From an uncultured Erysipelotrichia bacterium (GTDB lineage Bacteria; Bacillota_I; Bacilli_A; CAYWJS01): 64,000 bases of DNA. The stretch is taken from the NCBI GenBank assembly GCA_964458855.1, contig CAYWJS010000001.1:6906-70905 (forward strand). Direction: 5' to 3'. Made by a program: the position numbers and the translations under genes. Below the pieces are notes generated by a model. It did no database searches. It was not told where the DNA came from and saw only the letters and a list, made by a program, of their open reading frames with translations. This document shows positions 41,780 to 53,344 of this stretch, piece by piece; the first letter of the stretch is position 1; each line of letters opens with the position of its first letter.

Positions 41780-43864
41780 TTAAACTACTGTAAAATCAAT
41801 CGTTAAATCTATTTTTGAAGCATTTATTACTTTTACTTTAACCTTATCACCAATTCTGTATCTTTTTTTCTTTTTTTCACCAATTAATGAAAGTGTTTTT
41901 TCATCAAAATAGTAATAATCATCATTTAAATCAAGAATGTGAACTAAACCTTCAATTGTATTTGGAAGGCGAGCAAAAAAACCAAAGCCAGTAACGCCTG
42001 ATATTATTCCCTCAAAAACTTCACCAACATGAGATTTCATATATTCTGCTTTTTTCATATCTTCTACTTCTCGTTCACATTCTATTGCTTCTCGCTCTTG
42101 AATTGATGCATGCTCAGCAATAGGTGGGATTAATTTATCCCAATCGGTTTTTGCTTCACCATTAAATATATAATCCCTAATTAAACGATGCACAATCAAA
42201 TCTGGATACCTTCTAATTGGTGCGGTAAAATGGGTATAATATTTGCTTGCCAATCCAAAATGTCCAACATTTTTTTCAGAATAGCAAGCTTTTTGCATTG
42301 CTCTAAGTAAAAGTTCAGAAAAAACTGGATATATTTCTGAAGTCTCCAAAGATGTTAAAACTTCTTGCAAGCTTTTTGGATTTGTTAAGTTTATCTTTTT
42401 TGGAAGTTTATGTCCAGTTAATTTAACAAAGTTTAGGAAATGTTCTATTTTCTTTTCTTTTGGTGTTTCATGAATACGATAAATAAACGGAACATCTAAC
42501 CAATGGAAATGTTCTGTTACTGTTTCATTTGCTCTTATCATAAATTCTTCAATAATTTTTTCACCAGTTCGCTGAATTCTAGGTTCAATATTAATTGGAA
42601 GTCCTTTTTCATCTACAGTTATTACTGCTTCATCTGATAAAAAATCAATTGCTCCTCTTTTAATGCGATTCTCTTTTAGAATTTTCGCTAAAGCTTCCAT
42701 ATCTTTTAACATTGGGACAATTTCATTATATTTTTCTTGTAATTTTTTATTATTTTCTTCTAAAATTTTATTCACATCAGAATAATTCATTCGGTATTTT
42801 GAATTAATAACCCCTGGAAAAATTTCATAATCTACTACTTTTCCTTGGTTATTTATTTCCATTTCACAAGCAATTACGAGTCTGTCTTCCCCTGGGTTAA
42901 GTGAACATATACCATTTGATAATTTATGGGGAAGCATTGGAATTACTCGATCTACTACATATAGGCTTGTTCCTCTTTCTCTTGCTTCAAGATCAATTGG
43001 TGAATTTAAAGTGACATAATAAGAGACATCCGCAATATACACACCTAATAAATAATTTTTATTAGGAAGTTTTAAAACTCTTACCGCATCATCTAAATCT
43101 TTTGCATCAATACCATCAATTGTAATAATTAAATCTTTCCGAAGATCGCGTCTTCCTTTTAAATCGCTTTCTTTTACTTTATTTGGAATCTTTTTTAAAG
43201 ATTGGTGTACCTCTTCTGGAAACGTTTCACGAAAATTGTAATTATAAATAATTGATAATATATCTACTCCAGGATCATTTTTGTGACCTAAAATCTCTAT
43301 TACTTCGCCAGTAAATTTATTTTGTCCTAATTCCTTTTCAAGATTTACTAATACCTTATGACCAGGTACAGCATCTAAGCTTTTATGTTTTGGAATTATT
43401 ATTTCAATATTAATTTTTTTATCATCTAAAATTAAATAACCTTTATTTTTTTTCTCTCTATATTCACCAACAACTTTTGTAAGTGAGCGTTTTAATATTT
43501 TTATAACTCTTCCTTCCCTACTTTTGGCTTTTCTTTCCTTTGTTAAGATTTGAACTAAAACAATATCTTTTTCTATTGCACCATTTAAATTCTTTTTTTC
43601 AATATAAATATCATCATGATCATCGGTTAAAGCAAAACCAAATCCTTTTGGATTAATACTTATTATTGCTTTAATAAACCCAAGTCTTTTTGTAGAAGAA
43701 TAGCAATTGCCACGAATTTTATAAATTTTTCCTTCTTCTTCTAACTTAGTTAAAATTTCATCTATTTTAAAAGCATCATTTAATCCTAATGCTTTTTTAA
43801 TTTGATCTTTTGTAAGTGGTTGATAATCTTTTTTGTTTAAAAGTTTTAAAATTTCTGTTTCCAT
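41780..43864 (-). CDS. rnr: ribonuclease R
   Basis: 694 aa, RNB catalytic domain, C-terminal S1 domain. Confidence 0.9.
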   Translation of the reverse strand: METEILKLLNKKDYQPLTKDQIKKALGLNDAFKIDEILTKLEEEGKIYKIRGNCYSSTKRLGFIKAIISINPKGFGFALTDDHDDIYIEKKNLNGAIEKDIVLVQILTKERKAKSREGRVIKILKRSLTKVVGEYREKKNKGYLILDDKKINIEIIIPKHKSLDAVPGHKVLVNLEKELGQNKFTGEVIEILGHKNDPGVDILSIIYNYNFRETFPEEVHQSLKKIPNKVKESDLKGRRDLRKDLIITIDGIDAKDLDDAVRVLKLPNKNYLLGVYIADVSYYVTLNSPIDLEARERGTSLYVVDRVIPMLPHKLSNGICSLNPGEDRLVIACEMEINNQGKVVDYEIFPGVINSKYRMNYSDVNKILEENNKKLQEKYNEIVPMLKDMEALAKILKENRIKRGAIDFLSDEAVITVDEKGLPINIEPRIQRTGEKIIEEFMIRANETVTEHFHWLDVPFIYRIHETPKEKKIEHFLNFVKLTGHKLPKKINLTNPKSLQEVLTSLETSEIYPVFSELLLRAMQKACYSEKNVGHFGLASKYYTHFTAPIRRYPDLIVHRLIRDYIFNGEAKTDWDKLIPPIAEHASIQEREAIECEREVEDMKKAEYMKSHVGEVFEGIISGVTGFGFFARLPNTIEGLVHILDLNDDYYYFDEKTLSLIGEKKKKRYRIGDKVKVKVINASKIDLTIDFTVV

Positions 43865-43927
43865 TTAATACACCTCAATTATATATCTATTATAAATTAA
43901 AAATTGATTTAATTGAATAGAAACAAT

Positions 43928-43964
43928 AAAAAAACACAAATAAATTAATTTTATTTGTGTTTTA
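43928..43964. terminator. terminator after secG (acacaaataaa-ttaatt-ttatttgtgt + T-run)
   Basis: Hairpin in the secG-rnr intergenic region. Confidence 0.6.
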
Positions 43965-43971
43965 GAAAAAC

Positions 43972-44199
43972 CTATTTCATAAAAGATAAGATTAAACTTA
44001 CAACAAAAAAAGAAATTCCTAAAAACATTGTTAAGCGACTTATAAATAGTTCTGCACCACGTTCTTTTCGTTCAGCAAAAAGACTAATGTCGCCTCCCAT
44101 AATAACTTGTGAGGCTCCCTCAGCTTTACCGCTTTGAAGTAACACAATAGTTATTAGTAAAATTGTTATAACCAATAAAAGTCCTTGTAGAAAATTCAT
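43972..44199 (-). CDS. secG: preprotein translocase subunit SecG
   Basis: 75 aa, two TM, LLQSGKAEGASQV..GGD motif. Confidence 0.85.
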   Translation of the reverse strand: MNFLQGLLLVITILLITIVLLQSGKAEGASQVIMGGDISLFAERKERGAELFISRLTMFLGISFFVVSLILSFMK

Positions 44200-44213
44200 T
44201 TTCTAACCTCCAT

Positions 44214-45512
<1,299 letters not shown>

Positions 45513-45557
45513 TTAAATGTCACTATATATTATACTAGTAATCAATTTATTTGCAAC

Positions 45558-47048
45558 TTAATGTTTAATAAGTGAATCTTCTTCCATTTCAACAGGTTTT
45601 TCAAGATTCATTAGTTCTAAGATAGTAGGTGCAATATTACCAAGTTTTCCACCATCTTTTAATTTTATACCTTCTTTTACTATAATAAATGGTACTTTAT
45701 TTGTTGTATGAGTAGTAACAGGGTTTCCATCTTTATCAAGTAGCTCTTCACTATTTCCATGATCTGCTGTAACTATAAGAAGTCCATTAATTTGTTTTAT
45801 TTTTTGATATATTTTTCCTAAACACTCATCAACTGCTTCAATAGCTTTAATTGTTGCCTCCATATTTGCAGTATGTCCTACCATATCACCATTTGCAAAA
45901 TTTAAAACTACTAAATCATAGTTTTTATCTAATTCGGTAAGAAGTTTTTCTGTTATTTCATAAGCCGACATTTCTGGTTTTAAATCAAATGTTTCAACCT
46001 TTGGAGAATCAATTAAAATCCTTGTTGCACCAGGTAAATCTTTTTCTACTCCACCATCAAAGAAATATGTTACATGAGCATATTTTGTAGTTTCAGAAAT
46101 TCTAAGTTGAGTAAGTCCATGATCTGAAATATAATCTCCCAGAGTATTTTTTGGTGGTTTTATATCATACATTACACTTGCATTTATATCATCACGATAA
46201 AGGGTCATTGTTACAAAGTTTAAATTTAGGTTTTTTGTTTCAAAATATTTAAAGTTTGGATCAGTTAAAGCAAGTGAAAGTTCTATTGCTCTATCAGCTC
46301 TAAAGTTTGCAAAAATAACTGTATCATTTTCTTCAATAATTGCATCTGAATCTACAATAAATGGTGTAACAAATTCATCATAGTTTCCTTCTTCATAATT
46401 TTTTAAAATTCCTTCTTCAGCTGTCTTAAACTTAGGACCTTCTCCTTTTACTAATAAGTCATAAACTTTTTTTACATTATGCCAATTTTTATCGCGATCC
46501 ATTGCATAATGCCTTCCAGCCACAACTCCAATTGAACAAGCTTTTGTATTTAACAATTTTTTAATATAAGTATTTGCTGATTTATAATAAGTGTCCCTTC
46601 CATCTAAAAATGGGTGAACATATATATTTTTTATACCTTTTTCTTTGGCAAGTTTTACAATTTTAATAATATGATCAATATGAGAGTGAACTCCGCCATC
46701 ACTTAAAAGACCTAAGACATGTAATTTTTTATTTTCTTTTTTTGTTTTTAAAAGTGCTTCTTTTAAAATCTTGTTATTTTGAAAAATTCCTTGTTTAATT
46801 TCTTTGTGTATAACAACCAAGGTTTGATCTACTACTCTTCCAGCACCAATATTTAAGTGTCCTACTTCACTGTTTCCCATTTGACCTTCTGGAAGACCGA
46901 CTGCTAGACCAGACGCATCTAAAACAGTATGTGGAAAGTTTTCCCAAAAGTAATCAAAATTAGGCTTATTTGCTTGCTTAAAAGCATTACCAGGGATTTC
47001 TTTTCGAATTGCAACCCCATCTAAAATTGCAAGAAGTACTGTACTCAT
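45558..47048 (-). CDS. gpmI: 2,3-bisphosphoglycerate-independent phosphoglycerate mutase
   Basis: 496 aa, iPGM family (MGNSEVGHLNIGAGR). Confidence 0.95.
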   Translation of the reverse strand: MSTVLLAILDGVAIRKEIPGNAFKQANKPNFDYFWENFPHTVLDASGLAVGLPEGQMGNSEVGHLNIGAGRVVDQTLVVIHKEIKQGIFQNNKILKEALLKTKKENKKLHVLGLLSDGGVHSHIDHIIKIVKLAKEKGIKNIYVHPFLDGRDTYYKSANTYIKKLLNTKACSIGVVAGRHYAMDRDKNWHNVKKVYDLLVKGEGPKFKTAEEGILKNYEEGNYDEFVTPFIVDSDAIIEENDTVIFANFRADRAIELSLALTDPNFKYFETKNLNLNFVTMTLYRDDINASVMYDIKPPKNTLGDYISDHGLTQLRISETTKYAHVTYFFDGGVEKDLPGATRILIDSPKVETFDLKPEMSAYEITEKLLTELDKNYDLVVLNFANGDMVGHTANMEATIKAIEAVDECLGKIYQKIKQINGLLIVTADHGNSEELLDKDGNPVTTHTTNKVPFIIVKEGIKLKDGGKLGNIAPTILELMNLEKPVEMEEDSLIKH

Positions 47049-47094
47049 ATTTTTCCTCCTTTTATTATTATAACACTTTAACTTTTAATAATAA

Positions 47095-47135
47095 AAAAAT
47101 TAAATGATTAGAATTTCTTTCTAATCATTTTTTAG
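47095..47135 (-). terminator. terminator after membrane-protein gene (aatgattag-...-ctaatcatt + T-run)
   Basis: Hairpin overlapping the stop of the 47125..47808 gene. Confidence 0.55.
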
Positions 47136-47808
47136 CTTTCTTTTTTCTTTTAATTAAGATTTTATTTAACCAATATTTATCATATTTTAAAGAAATATAA
47201 CCAATTAAAGACATTACAAATGCACCAATTGCATCTACTTGCAAATCTCGCATGGTATCCATTAGTGCTTCGCGTCCAACTAAAATTACTCCATCGTAGG
47301 TTCTAAACTTTTGCATATTCAAACCTAAAAGTCCATCAAAAGTAAATTCAAAAAACTCCCAGAATACTCCTAGAGTAACAGCGAAACAAAATGAGAAAAA
47401 AGCCACAAAAATAGGTGATAAATTAATAAGGGAATTTTTCTGATTTAATAAATTAACAAGGGAAAAACCTAATGCCCCAAGCATGGCACCACTTGTTACA
47501 TGAAGTAATTTATCCCAAAAAGGAACAAAGTAATAAAAATCACGGAATTCTCCTAAAACTATTGAACAAAAAAGAAAAATAATAAAGAAAAAATACATAA
47601 CAGAAGGAATTTCAAGTTCAAATTTACGTGAAATAAATCCTGGGGCAAGCATTCCTAAAATACCTGTCAATGCTTGAATTAATATTAAAATATAGTCACC
47701 TTGATAATCCTTAGTAAAAAGGCGAACTACAATAAAAATTACCGAAATAATTAAAATAATAAATAATATCCAAGGCATCGTTTTTTTTGCCTTTTTTTCT
47801 TTTTCCAT
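47125..47808 (-). CDS. hypothetical polytopic membrane protein
   Basis: 227 aa, Lys-rich termini, 5-6 TM. Confidence 0.5.
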   Translation of the reverse strand: MEKEKKAKKTMPWILFIILIISVIFIVVRLFTKDYQGDYILILIQALTGILGMLAPGFISRKFELEIPSVMYFFFIIFLFCSIVLGEFRDFYYFVPFWDKLLHVTSGAMLGALGFSLVNLLNQKNSLINLSPIFVAFFSFCFAVTLGVFWEFFEFTFDGLLGLNMQKFRTYDGVILVGREALMDTMRDLQVDAIGAFVMSLIGYISLKYDKYWLNKILIKRKKKAKK

Positions 47809-47869
47809 CTGAACACCTCACCAAAATATGCTTTTAGTAAAAAAATTTTAGCATACATTATAATTTTTA

Positions 47870-47900
47870 GTCAAATAAAAAGGGAACTTACGTTCCCTTT
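47870..47900 (-). terminator. terminator after spo0A (aagggaac-ttac-gttccctt + U-run)
   Basis: Hairpin immediately 3' of the spo0A stop on the minus strand. Confidence 0.65.
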
Positions 47901-47905
47901 AAAAT

Positions 47906-48682
47906 TTATCCTCGTGTTGTTTTTACACCAAAATCTAGTTTTAATTTATCAGCAATTGCTGCAACAAATTCTGAATTTGTTGGTTTTGCTCTTTCAATGT
48001 CAACGCTATTTCCAAAAATTTCTTCCATTACTGCCCAATCTCCACGATTCCAAGAAACTTCTATTGCATGCCTTATTGCTCGTTCTACTCTACTTACGGT
48101 AGTCTTATATTTTTTTGCTATTTCAGGATAAAGTACTTTTGTTACCGCTCCAATATATTCATCACTTGAAAACATCCGAACAATTCCTTCGCGAATATAT
48201 TGATATCCTTTAATATGGGATGGGAGTCCTAAAGCATGAAGAATTTTTGTAACTTCTATTTCTAAATCGTTTTGTACTCCGCGTACTAAGGTGCCTTTTT
48301 GAGTCTCATTGTTAAAACATTCAATTATTCTTTTTTCTAAATCGATTAGTTCAAAAGGTTTAAGAATAAAATAACTTGCCCCCATTTCAGAAAGTCTTCT
48401 AATTGTGTCTTGTTGGTTAAATGAAGTAGCAATAATTACTTTTTTGTCAATATTTCTTCTTTTCATTTCTTCTAAAACATAAATCCCATCTTTTACGGGC
48501 ATTATTAAATCAAGAATAACAAGATCATAATCATCCTGTCTTTCATCAATGATTTTTATTCCTTCTTCACCATTATAAGCTTCTAATACAAGTTCAATTT
48601 GTGAATGCCCCATAAAATATTCGCAAACTAACTTAATTAAATTAACATTATCATCCACCATCAGAACTCTAATTTTTGACAT
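47906..48682 (-). CDS. spo0A: stage 0 sporulation response regulator Spo0A
   Basis: 258 aa. Receiver domain (MVDDN...DLVILDLIMP), Spo0A-specific effector domain (GLPSHIKGYQYIREGI, TTVSRVERAIRHAIEVSWNRG, KPTNSEFVAAIADKL). Confidence 0.9.
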   Translation of the reverse strand: MSKIRVLMVDDNVNLIKLVCEYFMGHSQIELVLEAYNGEEGIKIIDERQDDYDLVILDLIMPVKDGIYVLEEMKRRNIDKKVIIATSFNQQDTIRRLSEMGASYFILKPFELIDLEKRIIECFNNETQKGTLVRGVQNDLEIEVTKILHALGLPSHIKGYQYIREGIVRMFSSDEYIGAVTKVLYPEIAKKYKTTVSRVERAIRHAIEVSWNRGDWAVMEEIFGNSVDIERAKPTNSEFVAAIADKLKLDFGVKTTRG

Positions 48683-48782
48683 TTTTCATTCTCCTTATTT
48701 TTATTTTTTCTTACATTCTTATACCAACTACTCTAATATATAAGATTTTTTTTGAATGAAATGTCGAGAAATGTCGGTGGTA

Positions 48783-49496
48783 TTAATAATTTGTGATTTT
48801 TAAAAAACTTTCTAAATCCAGCGATGCTCCTCCAACTAATACCCCATCAATGTTTGGTTCGCTAAGTAATCCTTTTATGTTATCTGGAGTAACACTTCCA
48901 CCGTATAAAATTTTTAGATCTGAAACATTTATATTTTCTCTTATATACTTACACATTTCTTCCGCATCTTCTAAGGTTGCAGTATTTCCAGTACCTATTG
49001 CCCAAATTGGTTCGTAAGCAATTATTATTTTATTAAGATTTTCTTTGTCAATGTTTTTTAAACACTCTTTTAATTGCTTTTTTACTTTTTCAAAATGTGT
49101 GTTATTTTTTCTTTCTTCTAATGATTCCCCTATACAAAGAATTGGTGTTAAATTGTGTTTTAGGGCTGCTATTACTTTTTTGTTAATTAACTTATCATCT
49201 TCATAAAAATACTTTCTTCTTTCACTGTGACCCAAGATTACATATTCTGCTCCAACTAATTTTAACATTAAAGGAGATATTTCCCCTGTAAACGCCCCAT
49301 ATTCTTCAAAATACATATTTTGAGCACCTATTTTTATTTTATCTTCGCTTAGAGTTACTAAATCTCTAATATATAAAGATGGGGCGCAAATTATAACTTG
49401 ATTTTTATTTGATATATTCCCTTTTAAATTTTTAACAAAAGAGATAGCTTCCTCATAACTTTTATTCATTTTCCAGTTTCCAATTATGATTTTCAT
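48783..49496 (-). CDS. tpiA: triosephosphate isomerase
   Basis: 237 aa, TIM barrel motifs (IIGNWKMN, AYEPIWAIGTG); ATGA start/stop overlap with upstream GT4 gene. Confidence 0.95.
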   Translation of the reverse strand: MKIIIGNWKMNKSYEEAISFVKNLKGNISNKNQVIICAPSLYIRDLVTLSEDKIKIGAQNMYFEEYGAFTGEISPLMLKLVGAEYVILGHSERRKYFYEDDKLINKKVIAALKHNLTPILCIGESLEERKNNTHFEKVKKQLKECLKNIDKENLNKIIIAYEPIWAIGTGNTATLEDAEEMCKYIRENINVSDLKILYGGSVTPDNIKGLLSEPNIDGVLVGGASLDLESFLKITNY

Positions 49497-50698
49497 TTTT
49501 TATTCCTCTTTCTTCTAAAAAATAAAAATCTTCTTTTTTCAGGTTTATTACTGATTGCAAGTTCATAAACTTTTACTACTTTACGTGCAAAATTTTCTGC
49601 CGAAAACTCTTTAGCATCTTCTTCTGCAGTTTTTGCCATTTTTTCAAGTTTTTCAGTGTTTTCTGAAAGTTCAATAATCTGTTTTGCTAAGGTTTTTTTA
49701 TCAGTAAAGAAATAACCATTTTTTCCGTGTCTTAAAACTATTTTGAAACTATCATCTTCATAACATAAAACTGGAACCCTTGCAGCCATTGCTTCAATTA
49801 CTGTTAAACCTTGTGTTTCTGTTTTGGAAGCTGTTACAAATACATCAGTAATTTGATAAACATAGTGAATGTCTTTGCGAGGTCCTGTAAAAATTATATT
49901 ATTTTCTAATTTCAATTTTTTAACTAAATTTTTAAGCTTTTCTTCATCTGGACCCTTACCAGTAATCACTAATTTAATTTTACTGTTTTCTTTTACTATT
50001 GTTTTCATTGTTTCAATTACAAATTCAATATTTTTTTCTTTTCCAAGACGTCCTACAAATAAAACTATAAAGTCATCTAAAGAAAGACCAAATTCTTTTT
50101 TTAACTTATTAACTTCTTCTTGAGTAAAGTTTTTTCTATTAAATCTTTCTACATCTATTCCTGTTGGAATAACATGAATTCTCTTTTTAACTCCGTACTT
50201 TTCAAGTAGAATTTTTGTTTTGTTAGTTGGAACAATTAATTCAGTACTTCTGTTGCTATAAAACTTTGTTAATTGTTTTGCAACAGTTCTTGCAAATTTA
50301 TCAAAGTGTCCTTTTGTTACATAATGCATATAATCTTCCCACACAGTATGATAAGTGTGAACAAGAGGAATATTATTTTGTTTTGCATATATCCTTGCAA
50401 ATGTTCCAATACCAAATTCTGTATGTGAGTGAATTACATCAAGATTCCAGTCTTTGATCTTACTAAAAACTCGAACAGGATAAATACTTGTTAAGATGTT
50501 ATTATCAAATGATTTGAATTTTAAACCTGGTACCCTTACTATCTTTTCATCATAATCGTAGCGAAACATGCTGTCATTTACTGTTAAAACAAATACTTCG
50601 TGACCTTGTTTTTCAAGTTCGTGTTGCAACATTTTAATGCTTGTTACAACACCATTAATTTGTGGTTCATATGTATCTGTAAAAATTCCTATTCTCAC
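49493..50698 (-). CDS. GT4 glycosyltransferase, BgsB/alMGS-like (candidate 1,2-diacylglycerol 3-glucosyltransferase)
   Basis: 401 aa, N-terminal MRIGIFTDTYEPQINGVVTSI motif typical of monoglucosyl-DAG synthases; GT4 EX7E-type C-terminal half. Confidence 0.65.
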   Translation of the reverse strand: MRIGIFTDTYEPQINGVVTSIKMLQHELEKQGHEVFVLTVNDSMFRYDYDEKIVRVPGLKFKSFDNNILTSIYPVRVFSKIKDWNLDVIHSHTEFGIGTFARIYAKQNNIPLVHTYHTVWEDYMHYVTKGHFDKFARTVAKQLTKFYSNRSTELIVPTNKTKILLEKYGVKKRIHVIPTGIDVERFNRKNFTQEEVNKLKKEFGLSLDDFIVLFVGRLGKEKNIEFVIETMKTIVKENSKIKLVITGKGPDEEKLKNLVKKLKLENNIIFTGPRKDIHYVYQITDVFVTASKTETQGLTVIEAMAARVPVLCYEDDSFKIVLRHGKNGYFFTDKKTLAKQIIELSENTEKLEKMAKTAEEDAKEFSAENFARKVVKVYELAISNKPEKRRFLFFRRKRNKK

Positions 50699-50702
50699 TA
50701 TA

Positions 50703-51704
50703 TCACCTCTTTTTATTAGTTAAAACAAGAGTTAGTCCTCCTAAAAATAGTCCAAAATAATATGTAATAAAACGCCAAAGTAACATTATTGCAGCAAGTT
50801 GATAGCCTTTAACTAAAACGCCAAAGAAAGCAATAAAACTATATTCAGCACCACCACTTCCTCCTGGAAGAGGAATAAATGCTGAGATAAGTGCTACATA
50901 AGCACTTGCAACAATCACTTTAATTGGGCTTACATTCATAATACCAACACTATAAAATAGAAAAACTGGTATTAAATAAAATAAAGTTAATTTTAAAATA
51001 TTTAAAATAAAGCTTTTAATTGCTAATTCTTTATTATGCCTTAATTCAAATGCATTCTCATAAAACTCTTGATTTCGCTTTCTCCATCTTTTTATATGTT
51101 TTTCTTTATTTTTGATAAAATTTAATTTAGCAAAAATATTAATAATTCCATTAATTAAAAAACTATTAAAGCGTGGGAAAAAAGTAATAGTAAGCAAACT
51201 AGCAATAACTAAAAAATTAATTAAAAAACCAATAATTGTTAGTTTATCCAGCAATGCAATTTCATTAAATAAACCTGTGATCCAATTGTAAATTAAAGCA
51301 AATGCTCCAAGTAAAACTAATACTAATTGATAAACAATAAAGTTTTGGACTGAAGCATTACTTGCACTAACAGCTGGAATGCCTTCGGTGGTTAATAGAT
51401 AAATTTGTGCTGGTTGACCACCAGTTGCAAAAGGTGTAATACCATGGAAAAATTGAGTAATAATTGTGTTTTTTAAAATTTTTTTATATTTTAAATCTTT
51501 TTTAAAAGGGAAAACCATTAGTTGTAAGGTTTTTGCCTCAATCATCCAATATAATAACAGAGAAAATAAGGCAAGTAATATAAAAAATATATTAGCCTTT
51601 CTAATCTGCATAACTATATCAAAAAATTCATCTTTTAAAGAAAAGTAGAGAACTAAAGAGGTTATAACAATTAAAATAATAAAATTACTTTTTCTAAGTT
51701 TCAT
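50703..51704 (-). CDS. UPF0104/flippase-like (MprF-N-terminal-type) integral membrane protein
   Basis: 333 aa, ~8 TM; family frequently paired with glycolipid glycosyltransferases. Confidence 0.55.
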   Translation of the reverse strand: MKLRKSNFIILIVITSLVLYFSLKDEFFDIVMQIRKANIFFILLALFSLLLYWMIEAKTLQLMVFPFKKDLKYKKILKNTIITQFFHGITPFATGGQPAQIYLLTTEGIPAVSASNASVQNFIVYQLVLVLLGAFALIYNWITGLFNEIALLDKLTIIGFLINFLVIASLLTITFFPRFNSFLINGIINIFAKLNFIKNKEKHIKRWRKRNQEFYENAFELRHNKELAIKSFILNILKLTLFYLIPVFLFYSVGIMNVSPIKVIVASAYVALISAFIPLPGGSGGAEYSFIAFFGVLVKGYQLAAIMLLWRFITYYFGLFLGGLTLVLTNKKR

Positions 51705-51728
51705 GCTGATTCCTGCCTTTATTATTAA

Positions 51729-52736
51729 TTAGTACTTTTTATTAAGCACTTTTTCATAAACATCTAATAATTTCTCACCAATTTTTTCGATTTTTCTTTC
51801 TTCTGCGATTTTTCTTCCTTCTTTTGTTAAATCAGGAAGTTCTTTATTTACTAATTTTCTTAGAGTATTTGAAAATTCTTCATTAGTTTTACATTTATAA
51901 CAATTTTTTCCGTGCTCTAACCACTCATAGTAAACTGGAATATCACGGATAACAATTGGTGTTTCAGTAGCAAGCGCTTCTAAAACAACAATTCCTTCAG
52001 TTTCTTCATGAGTCATAAATAAGAATGCATCAGCAGTACTTAATGAACCTGCAATTGTAGTTGATGGAACGTATCCTGGAAAATATACATTCTTTGGTGG
52101 ATTTTTGACAATATCTCTAATCTTTTTAGGAATTGAATAAAGCGGAGTATATCCAAACCAAATAAATTTATAATCTGGATTCATTTTGGCAACTTCAACA
52201 AAGTCTAAAATTCCTTTGCGTTCAATATATAATCCAATGCTCATAATAATTACATCATCATCACTAAATCCATATTCTTTACGAAACTCTTTTCCTTTTT
52301 CTTCATCTTTTTTAAATAGTTCTAATTGAATTCCGTTTGAAATTGCAATAATTGGAGTTTTTACTCCATAATTTTCAATTAAACTTTTTGAATATGGAGT
52401 TGGAGTAATTACATAATCTGCACTACCGTATAATCTTGTAAGACGTTTTTTTAAAAGTGGTGCAATTTGATTGGATAAAATAAATGAATTTCTAAAATCC
52501 TCATATGTAGTATGAGCATGATAAACAACTGGAATACCTTGTTTTTTACATCTTTTTAGTAATCTACTTGATTTAATACCATAAGTATTGATATGAGCAA
52601 TATCAAAACTGTCTTTTGGGTCTAAAGTATATTCTATTCCTTGTGATTCTAGTGCTTTCATTTGATGTTTTAAAGCTCTTCCTACACCTGACTTTTTAAT
52701 ATACTTCATTCCTTCAAAATAAAGTAAAACTTTCAT
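51729..52736 (-). CDS. GT4 glycosyltransferase, BgsA-like (candidate diglucosyl-DAG synthase)
   Basis: 335 aa, GT4 fold, N-terminal KKSGVGRALKHQ motif. Confidence 0.6.
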   Translation of the reverse strand: MKVLLYFEGMKYIKKSGVGRALKHQMKALESQGIEYTLDPKDSFDIAHINTYGIKSSRLLKRCKKQGIPVVYHAHTTYEDFRNSFILSNQIAPLLKKRLTRLYGSADYVITPTPYSKSLIENYGVKTPIIAISNGIQLELFKKDEEKGKEFRKEYGFSDDDVIIMSIGLYIERKGILDFVEVAKMNPDYKFIWFGYTPLYSIPKKIRDIVKNPPKNVYFPGYVPSTTIAGSLSTADAFLFMTHEETEGIVVLEALATETPIVIRDIPVYYEWLEHGKNCYKCKTNEEFSNTLRKLVNKELPDLTKEGRKIAEERKIEKIGEKLLDVYEKVLNKKY

Positions 52737-52841
52737 AAAACACCTCTTTATTTTTTTATTATATTGTTATTATAACACAAATCGTTTTATATGAAAAATA
52801 AGAAAAAAGTGCTTTAATTTTAGTATCAGCACCTTTATTTA

Positions 52842-53252
52842 TTATTTCTCTAACCAAATTCTATGAAATTTAATTTCCAAAGGAAATAATTCCGCTAATT
52901 CTCCTTTACTTATAAATAAAACGGGCCAATCGCCATCTACGGGGTCAGGACTAGCACCAAACTGTAAGTAAAAATCACCAGCTAAGAAATTTTCGCCCAT
53001 AACAATATATAAATGAATCTTAGAAGTGTCTCTCGAAGCAATAGGTTTTTGCGAAAGTATTTCTCTTGGTCCATCATTAATACTATATTCTAAATACATC
53101 ATATTATATTGCTCTAGTTCTACCTCAAATTCTGTTTCATACATTGTTCCCTTTATATCATTCTTATCTTCAAAAACTATTAATAGATATTTATCATTCT
53201 CAACTAAATCAACAAATTTACTTGGATCAGTCATTTGGTATATCAACACCAT
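52842..53252 (-). CDS. hypothetical protein (136 aa, acidic, no recognisable motif)
   Basis: ORF with no TM or signal peptide, between the pilin pseudogene and the glycolipid cluster. Confidence 0.4.
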   Translation of the reverse strand: MVLIYQMTDPSKFVDLVENDKYLLIVFEDKNDIKGTMYETEFEVELEQYNMMYLEYSINDGPREILSQKPIASRDTSKIHLYIVMGENFLAGDFYLQFGASPDPVDGDWPVLFISKGELAELFPLEIKFHRIWLEK

Positions 53253-53344
53253 AAATTGAAGAAAATCATTATTTAAAGATGTTTTATTTTAATTACCAAA
53301 AATACCACTTTTCCCCTCATTATATATGTATGTTTTGTTTATTT

